Assembly (NCBI GenBank): GCA_004431415.1
Contig: QPMI01000411.1
Coordinates: 1 to 64,000, forward strand
Length of the DNA stretch: 64,000 nt
Direction: 5' to 3'
DNA from: Cyanophora paradoxa CCMP329
Lineage: Eukaryota; Plantae; Glaucophyta
Shown here: positions 1-10,400 of the stretch, piece by piece
How positions within the stretch are numbered: position 1 is the stretch's first letter
Layout of the letters: each line of letters begins with the position of its first letter
Notes under the pieces: model-generated
Told to the model about the DNA's origin: nothing
Databases searched by the model: none
The model's input: the letters and a program-made list of their open reading frames with translations, nothing else
Translations under genes and position numbers: made by a program

Positions 1-195
1 CTACCGCCGAGCGGGTCGGGCAGCAGCACGCAGTACTTGTCGCAGTACCGGACGCGCTCGGGCGTGCCGTCGTACCACGTGCGGGCCCCAGTCGACGGCG
101 TGGCCGTAGCAGTGGAGACCCCGGACGGTCCGGCGACAGGCGCAGCTGAGGAGCTGGCCATGGGCACGTCGCCCTCAGCGTCGCGATCGGCTTCG

Positions 196-1053
196 CTACG
201 GCGGGCCTCGCCTTCCCAGTTGTCCGAGCCACTGCAGGGAAGGGAAGCGAATTGGGGCGTTGCCGCCAATTCGGGCCTCGTGGATCTCGCCCAGCAGCCA
301 ATTAGCGCCTTCGACGACGGTGTCGTAGCAGCGGTAACTGGTGGCCAGCCACGAATCCGAGTCGTCCTTTGCGGCCTCGCGCTGGACGACCTCGGGAATT
401 TCGAGGTTTGCCGGGTACGCCGGGGCGAGCGTACGGACGAGCTCCTCGCACCCCGGGTGCGAGGCGTTAACCATGTCATAGAAATAGCTAACGTCGTCCG
501 GCAGCTTCTGCTGCTCGCGCGGGACGAAGGGCGTGATGCCCGGTCCGGTGCGACCGCTGTCTAGGCAGGACAGCATCCAGCGCGCATGGCTGGGGACTGG
601 GGCGACAACCTCAGAGAGGGTCGGGCCCGTGTTGGCGGAAGAGCGCCAGCGTCCCTCGACATAGTACGGGGGCAGGTGCGACACATGCAGCTCAAAGCGA
701 TCTATGAAGAACGCGTCCCAGTGAAGGTTCCACTGCGTGGTGTCGGCCGGCAGGTCCGGCAGCGGCACGAGCAAGCCGGCGCTGGAGGCGGCGAGCTCGA
801 AGGAAGCGACAGCGCGCTTCAGCATGCGAATGTTCGCCGGGTGGCGGTTCGGCATGACGATTTCCAGCCGCTCCCACTGGGGGCGGTCGGGGTTCTCATG
901 AAACCAGGCGAAGCGGCGCCAGGGCGGCTGGGCCGCTTCAGCTTCGAGCCAGGAGGCGAGCTCCGGGTCGGGAGCGATGTGCAGCGTGACCGGGTTTTGA
1001 GCCGGCTGCAGGCCGCTGTTGGCGAGCCACATGTGCTCGACCTGAGTCGGCAA
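196..1053 (-). CDS. Unassigned ORF (285 aa) within the retroelement, probably a frameshifted continuation
   Basis: Overlaps the end of the 635-aa ORF in another frame. Trp/Pro-rich, with an LDSG motif of uncertain meaning. Confidence 0.35.
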   Translation of the reverse strand: MPTQVEHMWLANSGLQPAQNPVTLHIAPDPELASWLEAEAAQPPWRRFAWFHENPDRPQWERLEIVMPNRHPANIRMLKRAVASFELAASSAGLLVPLPDLPADTTQWNLHWDAFFIDRFELHVSHLPPYYVEGRWRSSANTGPTLSEVVAPVPSHARWMLSCLDSGRTGPGITPFVPREQQKLPDDVSYFYDMVNASHPGCEELVRTLAPAYPANLEIPEVVQREAAKDDSDSWLATSYRCYDTVVEGANWLLGEIHEARIGGNAPIRFPSLQWLGQLGRRGPP

Positions 1054-2845
1054 CGGCTAGAGGGGCTGGGCAGCCGATGAGCTCGAAGAGGTGGGCGTCA
1101 ATGCCCGCACGAGAGACAAAGAGCGCGTGCCGCATCCTCTCGCGCGTGTCGTCGTCGACGCCAGCGCTCTCATCGGACTCCATGGGGTCAGGAGAGGGCG
1201 TGCCGGGGCCCTCTTCCGCTTCCCCTTCGCCCTCGCCTCGGCATTTGCCGGCTTGGCGGGGCGGGCCGGCGGCTGGTGCCGCGGGTGCGAGCGGGCTTGG
1301 CGGCAGAGGTCGTTTCGTCGACCTTGCCCTTGCCGCGGCCACGGCGGCCGCGGCGGCCTCACGCTCGGCGACCTCGCGAGCCATGCGGTCGCTGGTCTGG
1401 AGGTCGTCATCGAACTCATCCCAGACCGGACGGTGCGAGCGCTTGGCCGTGAAGCGGCGGCGTACCTCGCCCAGCATCAAGCGCACGCGGTCGCGCGGCT
1501 TTTCGAGCAGAGCAACGGCGCGGACGCCGGACTGCGAGATGCAGTAGCAAACCCAGGTGAAAATGCTACGGTGCATTTCACCCCAGCGGTTCGCGGCAGA
1601 GAACTCGCCGTGGAGGGCGTTCACGAGCCATGAGTACTCGCTCGAGTCACGGACGCCGCCAGGGAGCGGGCCACGGCCCTCACGGGGGACAGTGCGGGAT
1701 GCCAGCAGCTCAATGACATCGTAGTCACAGCACCGCCCGCGGCGAGTGATCGGGTAGGAGCGATCGTAGAACGCTTCAACACTCGGTCCAAGCATGAGGG
1801 GGTCGGCATTCGGGAATTCCCGGAACCGGAGCCCTTCGCCGGGGCCGACGGGGCTGTCTACCACGACCGTGGGGGCGGCGTGATAGGTCCCCAGGCCCAT
1901 GAGCCAGTCGGAGAACAGCAAGCTGCTGAACTCCGTGGGGCGGCGCAGGTCGAGGATCCTGGCCAGGCGGCGCACGGCGACGCGGGGGAGCAACTTGATG
2001 GCCCGGAACCCCTCAAGGTCTGAGCCGTGCTGCACCAGCTCGGACAGGTTCACGAGCGGCGGCTCCCCGGCCATGCAGCGAGCGCGGCGGCTGTTTTGCA
2101 TGGCGATAACGCGCTCGGGGACGGTGCCCTTGGCGCGCGTGTCGAAGCACGTGGCTCCGGCAACCTCAGTCAGCCGCTCCGTGTATGTTTGGAACAGCGA
2201 CAGTGGCGGGGCCACGTCCTTAGGGCTAATCCACGCGAAAAGGCTGCCCTTCTCGAATCCGAGTGCGCCCGGCAGCACCGTAAGGGTCCGGAAACGGATT
2301 ATGGCAAGCACAAGCTGCACGCAGTAAGCGTGGAAGTCGGAATCCTCGTCGAGGAGTTCGCGAGCCGCAGCGAGCGCTGTGCGCATGGCGTGGTAGCCCG
2401 TCACGGTACGGGAGACGTTCCCGTCGGGCGTAATGTCGAACCGCGGGTCGCCGTTTGGTTCGACCTGCAGGTGCTGGATCCCCGGCCATTTCAGGCCCGG
2501 CTGAGCGAGCAGGTACGCCGACGAAATGAGCAGGGATAGCAGCGGTAAACGCTCGCTGTCCGGCAGTGCGCTCGAGTCTGAGGCGAGGCCCCAGACGTTC
2601 GAGGCGGGCGCGTGCCGCTCCCACGACAATAGCATGTCGTCCCAAGCTTTCAGCGAGGCGACGTCGAGCTCATTGGGGTCGTCGGGCCAAAGATCCTCAG
2701 GATCAGGGGCCGAGCCAATACCCGAGCACTTGGTGACGGGGTGGCTGAGTTGGGCACCGCGGATTGCGAGCATCGCAATGCTCGAATCGGGGCCCTCCTG
2801 GAGGCGGTAATCGAGCTTGGCGATCGTCGCCGCAGCCTCGATCAC
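938..2845 (-). CDS. Unassigned intronless ORF (635 aa) within the retroelement, downstream of gag
   Basis: Long ORF with globular-type composition, co-oriented with gag. No RT, RNase H or integrase motif recognised. Confidence 0.45.
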   Translation of the reverse strand: MIEAAATIAKLDYRLQEGPDSSIAMLAIRGAQLSHPVTKCSGIGSAPDPEDLWPDDPNELDVASLKAWDDMLLSWERHAPASNVWGLASDSSALPDSERLPLLSLLISSAYLLAQPGLKWPGIQHLQVEPNGDPRFDITPDGNVSRTVTGYHAMRTALAAARELLDEDSDFHAYCVQLVLAIIRFRTLTVLPGALGFEKGSLFAWISPKDVAPPLSLFQTYTERLTEVAGATCFDTRAKGTVPERVIAMQNSRRARCMAGEPPLVNLSELVQHGSDLEGFRAIKLLPRVAVRRLARILDLRRPTEFSSLLFSDWLMGLGTYHAAPTVVVDSPVGPGEGLRFREFPNADPLMLGPSVEAFYDRSYPITRRGRCCDYDVIELLASRTVPREGRGPLPGGVRDSSEYSWLVNALHGEFSAANRWGEMHRSIFTWVCYCISQSGVRAVALLEKPRDRVRLMLGEVRRRFTAKRSHRPVWDEFDDDLQTSDRMAREVAEREAAAAAVAAARARSTKRPLPPSPLAPAAPAAGPPRQAGKCRGEGEGEAEEGPGTPSPDPMESDESAGVDDDTRERMRHALFVSRAGIDAHLFELIGCPAPLAVADSGRAHVARQQRPAAGSKPGHAAHRSRPGARLLARS

Positions 2846-3059
2846 GCAGGCGAGGGAGTGAGCCTCGGTGCGGTGAGCCAGGCGACCCAGCAGCAGGCGC
2901 TCGGGGCGCCGCAGGCCGCAGGCCCCCAGGAACCGGTCAAGGCTATGCCTTTCGGGCCCTCCTGGGCGAGTTCGCGAACGAGCAGCGTCTGCTTCGCGTC
3001 GTCGAGGCCGTTCGTGAAGAGCAGCCCAATGGCGCGCTCTAGGTCACGGGGCTTGGCCG

Positions 3060-5497
3060 TCAAGTGGCGTACCACTTTGTGAGCGGCATGAGCACCGGGC
3101 TCACGTAGCGGGGCAAGTAGGGCCCGCCCTCGCGCTCGCCCTCTTTCTCCACGTCCGTGGCAGGCACGTGGTCATACGGCATGTAATCCAGTGCCCACGA
3201 CTTCGTGGAGCACCGGGGTGGTGCCTGGGGCACGTCGCGGTCCGGAGAACCGAACGGCCCGAAATAGGCGGGCTTCGAGGTGTCGCTGGCGTAGGGCGCG
3301 GAGCCCTGGCCAGGGTCGGAGCTCGGGGCGGACTCGGAGTCCGTGTCGAGCCGCTCGGCGTCGCTCTCCCCAAGCTCGGACTCCCCGGAGCCGTCCTCGC
3401 TGGCCGGGTTGGCGCAGCGGAGGTCCCGCTCGAACGCAGCCTCGCGAGTGGCATCGTCGAGGGCGCCAGCCGAGATGTCCGCCGCAGCGGCATCGAAGGC
3501 GGCCTGGTCGCGCGCCTTGGCGGCCATGGCGAGGGCGTCGGACGGCTGGCGGACCGCTGCAACGGCCGCAGCCTCGTCCGAGTCGGAATCCGTGCCCACG
3601 GGCATCACATGTACAGACAGCGACCGAATGGACGGGCCGCCCGGAGGGGCGCCGGCGTTCGGGTTGCCGCCTGCAGACGAGGAGCTGGCGCCACGCGCGC
3701 TCTCGTGCAGGGCGGCCTGCTGCTGCATCACTTGCAGGTGCTGGAAGAATGCAGCCATGGCGGCCGAGTTCGGCGAGTCAGAGCGGGGCTCGTTCTCGGC
3801 GCGAACTTGGTTGAACCGGGGCCGCTGCCCGCGGTTCATGTCCTGGCCGTAGCCCCGGCCGCGTCCGCCGCGGCCCTGTGACTCAGCGTCCGGGCAGTCC
3901 CGGCGGATGTGGTCCAGAGACCCGCAGGTCCAGCAGCCCGGCTCACGGTCGTCCTGGGCGCTCTTCTCCTTGCCCTTCCCCAGCGGGCGCTGGTTCGGGC
4001 CGGAGGCAGGGGCGCGGGTGGCGCCGCCCCGGCTGTAGCCGCCGCCGCGGTCCCGGCCGAAGCCGCCGCGGTCGTTGCGGTAGCCGCCGCGGGCGTACGG
4101 CTCCTGGCGGTGCCCGCCGCGGTGCGAGAACCCGCCGCGGGTCGGGCCGGGCTCGCTGCGCTCATCGGCGGCATCCTCCTCGCGCGCCGGCCGATCGCGG
4201 CGCCGCGCGCGCTTATCCGCAATCCCTTTCACCCACTCGGAGTTGGGATATTGGGGAAGGGGGCCGTGCCCCACACGCAGTTCCACGTAAAGTTGGCAGC
4301 GGTCGAGGGCCGGCATCTCCACGTGCATGCACAGGGGCATGGGGACGTGGTCGTGCTCGGGTACCCCAGGCGCTCCTCGTCGGGGTGCCGGCGACCCGCG
4401 ACGGGCGCGCCCTGCGGAGCCTTCGTGCCCGGGGCCGCATTGACGGACTTGACGGGCACGGCCTCGATGGGCTCGTCGCCGTCGTCGTCGCTGGCGGCGG
4501 CCGCTACCGGCGCCAGCTTGCGCACGCGGGCTTCTTAGCTCCGGCGCCTCGAGTTGCGGCCGTGGCCGTGGGGGGCAGCACGGTGCGGCAGCCGTGCGTC
4601 TTGCACGCTGCGACGAAGATTTCGTCGAGCTGGAGCGCGACAGGGCGCCGTCCTGTGCAAGGATGCGCTGCTGCAGCGCGGCGAGGAACGCGCGCAGAGT
4701 GCGCTCGTTCGCCTGGGCGAACCCGGCCATCCGAACATCGAGGTTCTGATATTCCGGGTCCTCGCTCGTCGAGCGGGCCTCGAGCGCAGTGCGCAGACAC
4801 TCCGCATAGTACACGGCGAGGCGCTGGCCCTGGGGCAGCGTGTGCTGCACTAGGGGCATGAACCAGTCATGCCATGAGCGCGGGTCCTCGCCGTGTAGGC
4901 TCAGTGAGAGCCCGGCGGGCCGCGTGCGGGCGCGTCTCATGAATCCATGCCGTGATCGTCGCGAGGAGCCCGGGGCACGCAAGTACGAGTCACGCACGGC
5001 CACGATAGTGGCATGATCGCGCGCGCAGCTCTGCTGCAGCGCCAAGATTGCAGCCTCATCCTCGGCAGTCCGCAGATCAGCCGGGACAAGTCCGAGACGA
5101 GCGAGCAGGCGCGGTCACGCTCCAGGCCAGCAATAGAGGCCTCATAGAGGTCGCGCTTACGCTCAATCTCGGCGCGGAGGGCGCCGGGGCGGATGCGCCC
5201 GACGATCACTCCGGCAAGCGCCTCAGACTTAGTATACTCCTGGCCGCCGGCAGTGTCCGGGCCAAAGAGATACTTCGTCGGCTGAGCCGACTGGAAGTTC
5301 CGGACATCCTTCCGGAACCGGTCACCGTCGGCGAGGCGCGGCTTCGCGGGGAGGAGGCGATCCGCGGGATCATCCTCCGCCGCAGCGGCGGTGCCAGCGA
5401 GCTGCACAGCAAGTTCGGCCTTCGCAGGCTCAACGTGCGCAAGTGCGGACAGCTGGCTACGGACTTCAGAACTGATCAGTTCAGAAGTGTTCGACAT
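3060..5497 (-). pseudogene. gag: gag-like polyprotein, frameshifted, with RGG-rich region and CCHC zinc knuckle
   Basis: ATG at 5497 (MSNTSELISS...). CWTCGSLDHIRRDC at 3894-3935, flanked by RGG/RG repeats. Coding signal shifts between frames (ORFs 4937-5620, 4229-4525, 3060-5045). Confidence 0.65.
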
Positions 5498-5538
5498 ATT
5501 GCTCTCTTTGCAGCGTATAGCCACGAGAACAGAATGCC

Positions 5539-5766
5539 AGGGCACAAGATTTGAGCTGCAGCGCACTGCAGATCCGGGACACGGTCTTCTCGTGGCGTGC
5601 GAGAACCGACTCAGGGACACTCAGAGAACTGCCGCTGGCAGACTCCGGGGCACAGTGTGCGACGCGAAGCGTGCAACCGGCGAAGGGACACAGACAATGA
5701 TTGAGACTCTCGCGAGAGCTCGTGCGTGCGCTTCGGTCTGGGGATGCACCGAGCCGCGAGGGACAC
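5539..5766 (-). repeat. Array of six GTG(T/C)CC(C/T) motifs separated by unrelated hairpin-forming spacers, in the element leader
   Basis: Plus-strand gggacac/gggcac copies start at ~5540, 5576, 5614, 5647, 5685 and 5760; spacers contain inverted repeats. Confidence 0.7.
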
Positions 5767-5943
5767 TAGAGTCACTTCCGAAGCACAATCAGCCCGCCCA
5801 GAGGCGACGCGGCGAAGTGTGCAGCGTAGCACGCCACAAGTGGCGGTCGCCCGAAAGCTCGTCCCAGATCTCTTTAAGCTTATGCGAGCGGCGCGGCGAG
5901 GCGCGCGGCGCGGGCAGAGCCTGGAAGTCCAGCGACCCTTGAA

Positions 5944-5968
5944 GGTTCGATTCCGGCAGAATGGCGCC
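5944..5968 (-). promoter_or_regulatory. Primer-binding site complementary to a tRNA 3' end
   Basis: Plus strand GGTTCGATTCCGGCAGAATGGCGCC reads as T-loop + 3' stem strands + discriminator + CC. It is adjacent to the LTR terminal CA; the T of the usual TGG is missing. Confidence 0.7.
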
Positions 5969-6119
5969 TGTCGCGTGCGAGATTAGTGTGTCTAATCGTG
6001 CGCGCGGGAAGCCCGTGCGGAGTGCAAGCTCGGCAGGCGGGGTTTGGCGAGTGCTGCTGCTGTTAGCCACCGGGATGTAGACTGAGGGTGTACCCGTCCA
6101 GCTACGGCGTACCCCGACA
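5969..6119 (-). repeat. Putative 5' LTR (151 bp)
   Basis: 5-bp terminal inverted repeat tgtcg (5969-5973) / cgaca (6115-6119), i.e. TG...CA ends. Directly abuts the PBS. Internal hairpin gattag-N5-ctaatc. No second copy in the window. Confidence 0.65.
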
Positions 6120-6343
6120 CACGCATACAAGTGACCGCGGCGCTCTAACTAGCTAGGCGCCGTCGATCTAGCAGCACGAAGGCTGCGCACATCATCTAGA
6201 ACCCTAGCGGCTCACAAACGAGCATCCGCTATAATGTCGGATGCGACAGCGACGACCGTCGGACGCCTCCAAGTGCGGCGCCGGCTGCTCGATTTCTTCC
6301 AGATTTCCTTTCGAATTTCCGTGTTGATTCCCGATCCGAGCAG

Positions 6344-6770
6344 GTTCCTGACGCCGTACATGGAGGGGATCGAGCACCCGATGCACCCGAACGAGCTGAT
6401 GGTGATCGTGCAGAGCGACCCCTTCCAGAAGCTCGACCAGGAGGGCGTCGGGCAGCTCATGCGCATGGCCGTCGAGCGCGGGCGCGCCGTGCGGCCGGAC
6501 CTCGCGTGCGGCATCTGCGGGGAGCACGGGGGGGAGCCGAGCTCGGTCAAGTTCTGCCACCGCATCGGCCTCGACTACGTCTCCTGCTCGCCCTTCCGCG
6601 TCCCCGTGGCGCGCCTGGCGGCGGCCCAGGCGGCCGTCGAGGAGCCCGGCTTCGTCTCCGACTCCACCTCCGCGGGCGCCAAGACATGGTCCGAATTTGC
6701 CGCGCTTCTAGATCTTCCGAATGCAGACGCAGTGCCGGGGCGCCGCTCACTCGCTCGTCACAGGCTGTGA
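6344..6770 (+). CDS. PPDK: Pyruvate, phosphate dikinase, terminal exon(s) only
   Basis: [15 protein letters not shown]...[40 protein letters not shown] is the canonical PPDK C-terminus. cag acceptor ends at 6343; probable last intron ~6689-6763. TGTAA motifs in the AT-rich 3' region. Confidence 0.92.
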
Positions 6771-7478
6771 ATTCGGGTTGTCGCCATCGACGCCAAGCGG
6801 CTGCGGGATGTAATTTTGTGCAGTGATGTAATCCATGTAGATATCGTTTGCAAATCGACGAAAAGGTTGTACATGTACATGTATTCGCAGATGTAATCGT
6901 AGCTATAGTCATTTTCGAGTTGACATTTGGCTTCGAATTCTTCTTTTTGGCCGAGATCGCATGGGCGATCGACTTTCGCTTTCCTGTGTACACGTAGAAG
7001 TCATTGAAATGTACAGTTTAGTCGTTAGCGCTAGCTGTAGTACAGCCTAGGACAATCTTCGTGGCCTGGTAGAGCCTGCCCTTCAGCCTGGCAGCCTCAG
7101 CTGCAGGGGGCTGTCACATTGTAGGGCCCGTTCACCATCGATCGCAACACGAGCCCGCATTCGAGATTCGCTCTCGCCCGGCGGCCAGCCTCGCATCGGA
7201 GCTCGAGGCTGAGGGCGCGAACTTGCGACACGACGATGGAACTTGATCACGTGCACCGAGTCATGATCATCACTCCCAAGATTTTTCCTTGTGATTAGCC
7301 GCGAAGTGTGGTTGTAAATTTCGTGAGCAATTGTGATCGCTGACTACGTGTACGACAACGGCACTGTCTGCCGCGCGGGTTCGAGTTCCCTACATCTGCA
7401 AAGCACGCACGCGCACGCCCCTGCTCCGTGGCAGCGGGCGGCCCTACTGGGTGCGGGGGGGCCCCCCCGGCCCGGGGC

Positions 7479-10400
7479 CTAGTAGCGGCGGTCGAGCTCG
7501 AGGGTCTTGAGCTTGTCGTGGAAGTCGGCGAGCGCCGCCGCCACCACCTCCGCCAGCGCGTCCTCCTGCGGCGGGCGCGGGGGCTTGAGGAGGGAGCCGG
7601 GGGCGGGGGCGGGGGCGGGGGCGGGGGCGGGGGCGGGGGCACCTCCTCCTCGGCGAGGAGCTTGGCGAGGGAGGCGGAGAGGGTCTTGAGGACGAGCTTG
7701 AAGTCGTTGAGGACGAACCAGACGTCGCCGGCCTCGAGGCGGTTCCCCGCCTCCAGGTCCCCGCCCTGCCCGTGGCCCATGAAGTCGTACAGGTACGCGT
7801 TCTGCGCGGGCGCGGCGCGGCAGAGTGAGATGGGCCGGGGCGGCGGGAGCACGGGCGGGGCGGGGCGGGGCGGGGCGGGGCGGGCCTGGAGGGTGCCGGT
7901 GCGCTTGCGCGATGCGCGGACGGTCGAGGGGACGACCGGCACGCTCGCCGGCTCCACGCGCACCCCCTCCCGCACCGAGCCCTGCGCGCCCGCCGGGCTC
8001 GGGGAGGGAAGGCGGGGCGGAGGGGCGAGGGGTGCGGACGACGAGGTCCTCGACGGTGTCGAAGCGGTCGCCCTTGCCGGCGATGGCCGAGAAGGGCGAG
8101 CGCGCCTGCGGCCCGAGGGTGAGGCGCCTCTCATGAAGCCAAGCCTCCGGGGCGGGGGAGGGCGCACGAGGAAGGGGATGGCGGCGGCGGCGTCGTCGCC
8201 GGCGAGGAGGGCGGGGGCCGGGGCCGGGGGCGCCGTGGCGGCCGAGGCCGTCCACGCGGGGCTCGTCACCCCCGAGAGCGGCAGCTTCGGCGCCTGCCGC
8301 CCCGCCGCCCCCTGAGCCCGGGCGAGGAGGGCGGGGGGCGGGAGGGCGGGGGCGGCGACCTCCTCGAAGGCGCGCTTGCAGCCGCCGGCGCGGAGGAAGG
8401 CGCGGAGGGAGCGGGCCGCGAGCCGCAGGGCCGCCGCGTTGTGCCGGTCCAGCACCGCCTCCACCTCCTGCCCGCAGCAGCGCAGAGCAGCGCGGCGTCA
8501 GAGGGGGAGGGAGCGAGGGAGGGGGGAACGGGAGGGGAGGGGCTCGCCTCGGGGAGGGCGGGGAGGGTGCCGATGGAGGCGCTCTTCGGGCGGTACGCCG
8601 CCAGCACCGACCGCGGCGTCCTGCGGCCGTCGGTGAGTCGGGCAAGCCGGGCGGGCTCCTGCTTGCGGGCGGGCGCGGGCACCGGATGACGCCGAAGAGG
8701 TGGGAGAGGACGAGGACCAGGCGCCGCGCCGCCTCCGCCACGTTCGGGCGCCCCTGCGCAGCGGCGGGGGCGCTCAGGCGGGGCGGAGCCCTCTGGGCGC
8801 CCTGGCCGGGCTCGCCTGGGCGGCCCCGGGGGCGCGGAGGCCCTCCTCGACGACCCCGTGGAGGGCGCCCGAGCCGACCAGGCGGCACAGCGCGAAGCAC
8901 GCCGGGTCCGAGTTGAAGAGGTGCACCGCCAGCCCCTGCCCCGCCGCTCGGGGGGCGCGGGGGAGGGAGGGCGGGCGGGGCGAGGGGGGCGCACGGAGAG
9001 GCCGTCGAGGGAGGCGTCGCGGTCGATGTAGCGCGAGCGGCGCAGGTACTCCAGCGCGTACCGCACCCTGCCCCCGGGCGCTGAGCGGGGGGGGGGGGGG
9101 GGGGGGCGCGGAGCACGCGTGGAGCAGGCGGGCGGACCGGTGGTAGACCTGGGCGCCGAGGGAGTCGCCGCCGTGGCAGAAGAGCGGCTGCCCGAGCAGC
9201 GAGAGGACCTTCTCCCCCGTCCGCTCCCGCCGCTCGTCCGCCTCCTTGGCTGCGCCGCGATGCGATGCGAGGCTGCGCTCAGCGGCGCGGGCGAGGGGTG
9301 ACCAGGCCGAGCAGGGCGGACCGGGGAGCGGGGGCCGGCCGACGGGCTGCATGCAGGACTGCGTGTAGAGGCAGAGGGAGCGCAGCACGAGGGACGTGGA
9401 GAGCGGGTAGTGCCCTGCCGGCAGCGGGGAGCGGGTCAGAGGGGGGGGGGGGGGGGGGGGGGGGGCGGGCGGGGGCGGACCGCGGAGGCGGGGCATGTCG
9501 GCGATGAGGAGGCGGTTGAGCTTGGGGCGGGGCAGCCCGAAGAAGACCACGTGCCCGATGTCGTCTGCGCGGCGGCGCCCGGCTCAGGCGAGGAGGGGGT
9601 GGAGGCGGGGGGCGCGGGGCGGGGGCGCACCGAAGCCGCGGCGGCCGGCGCGGCCGGACATCTGGCGGTACTGGAGGGCGTTGAGGAAGACCGAGTCGCC
9701 GGCGAAGACCACCGTGCGGCACGGCATGTTGATCCTGCCCCGCCCCCCTCAGCGCCGCCCCGCGGTCCGGGCGGCGCTGGAGCGGAGGGCGGACCCGAGG
9801 GCGAGGGTGCCGGTGGCGAGGACGACCTTGATGTGCTTGCGCCGGAAGAGGATCTCCACCGCCTCGCGGTACTTCTTGTTCAGGCCTGAGGCGCCCGGGT
9901 GTCACGCGCCAAGGCCCCGGCGGGGGGAAGGCAGGCGAGGCGGGCCCCGCACCGGCGTGGTGGACGCCGATGCCGCGGCGGAGGAGCCGCACGAGCGGGC
10001 CGTACCTGCCGCCCCGCCCCGCGCGCCTCAGCGGAGCCGGGTGCGGGGGCGGGGCGGGGCGGACCGGGGGTCGCGGGCGAGCTTCCACTTGACCTCCTCC
10101 ATGAAGTCGGCGTACTCGCTGTCCGTCATCCCCTCGTTCTGCCCCCGCGCCCCGCGGCGTCACCGGGTCTGCAGCGGGCGGGCGGGCCGCGGGCCGCGGG
10201 CGGGGGCGCGCCTTCTTGACGAAGGTGAGGTCCTCGTCGCACGGGTCCTCCTCCACCTCCTCCGCCAGCGACTCTGCGGCGGCCGGGGTTGGCGCCGGGG
10301 GCGGCCGGCGGGGCGGGGCGAAGGGGGGCGGACCGAGGGCGCCCTCCTGGGCCATCTCCTCCATCTCGCGGCCCTTCATCTTCTGCGAGGCCTTCTCCAT

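Larger units (their letters stand above)
1..6119 (-). mobile_element. LTR retrotransposon-like element, 5' portion; truncated by window start
   Basis: On the minus strand: LTR bounded by TGTCG...CGACA, then a tRNA-3'-complementary PBS, a leader, and intron-free gag-like ORFs with a CX2CX4HX4C knuckle. pol and the 3' LTR are not visible. Confidence 0.75.

Noticed and set aside
1500-2760. Retrotransposon-borne cytosine methyltransferase (CSGIG, LLEKP)
   Set aside because: No catalytic PC motif and the motif spacing is wrong; too weak to call.
5539-5766. CRISPR array
   Set aside because: The repeat is only 7 nt, the context is eukaryotic and there are no cas genes; kept as a structured leader array.
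5870-5968. tRNA gene suggested by the GGTTCGATTCC B-box
   Set aside because: No matching 5' acceptor strand, D-arm or anticodon arm upstream, and the T-stem does not pair fully; better explained as a PBS.
9087-9465. 20- and 25-nt G homopolymers as functional G-quadruplex elements
   Set aside because: They are intronic C-runs on the sense strand, an extreme of the general intron composition, and their lengths are error-prone.
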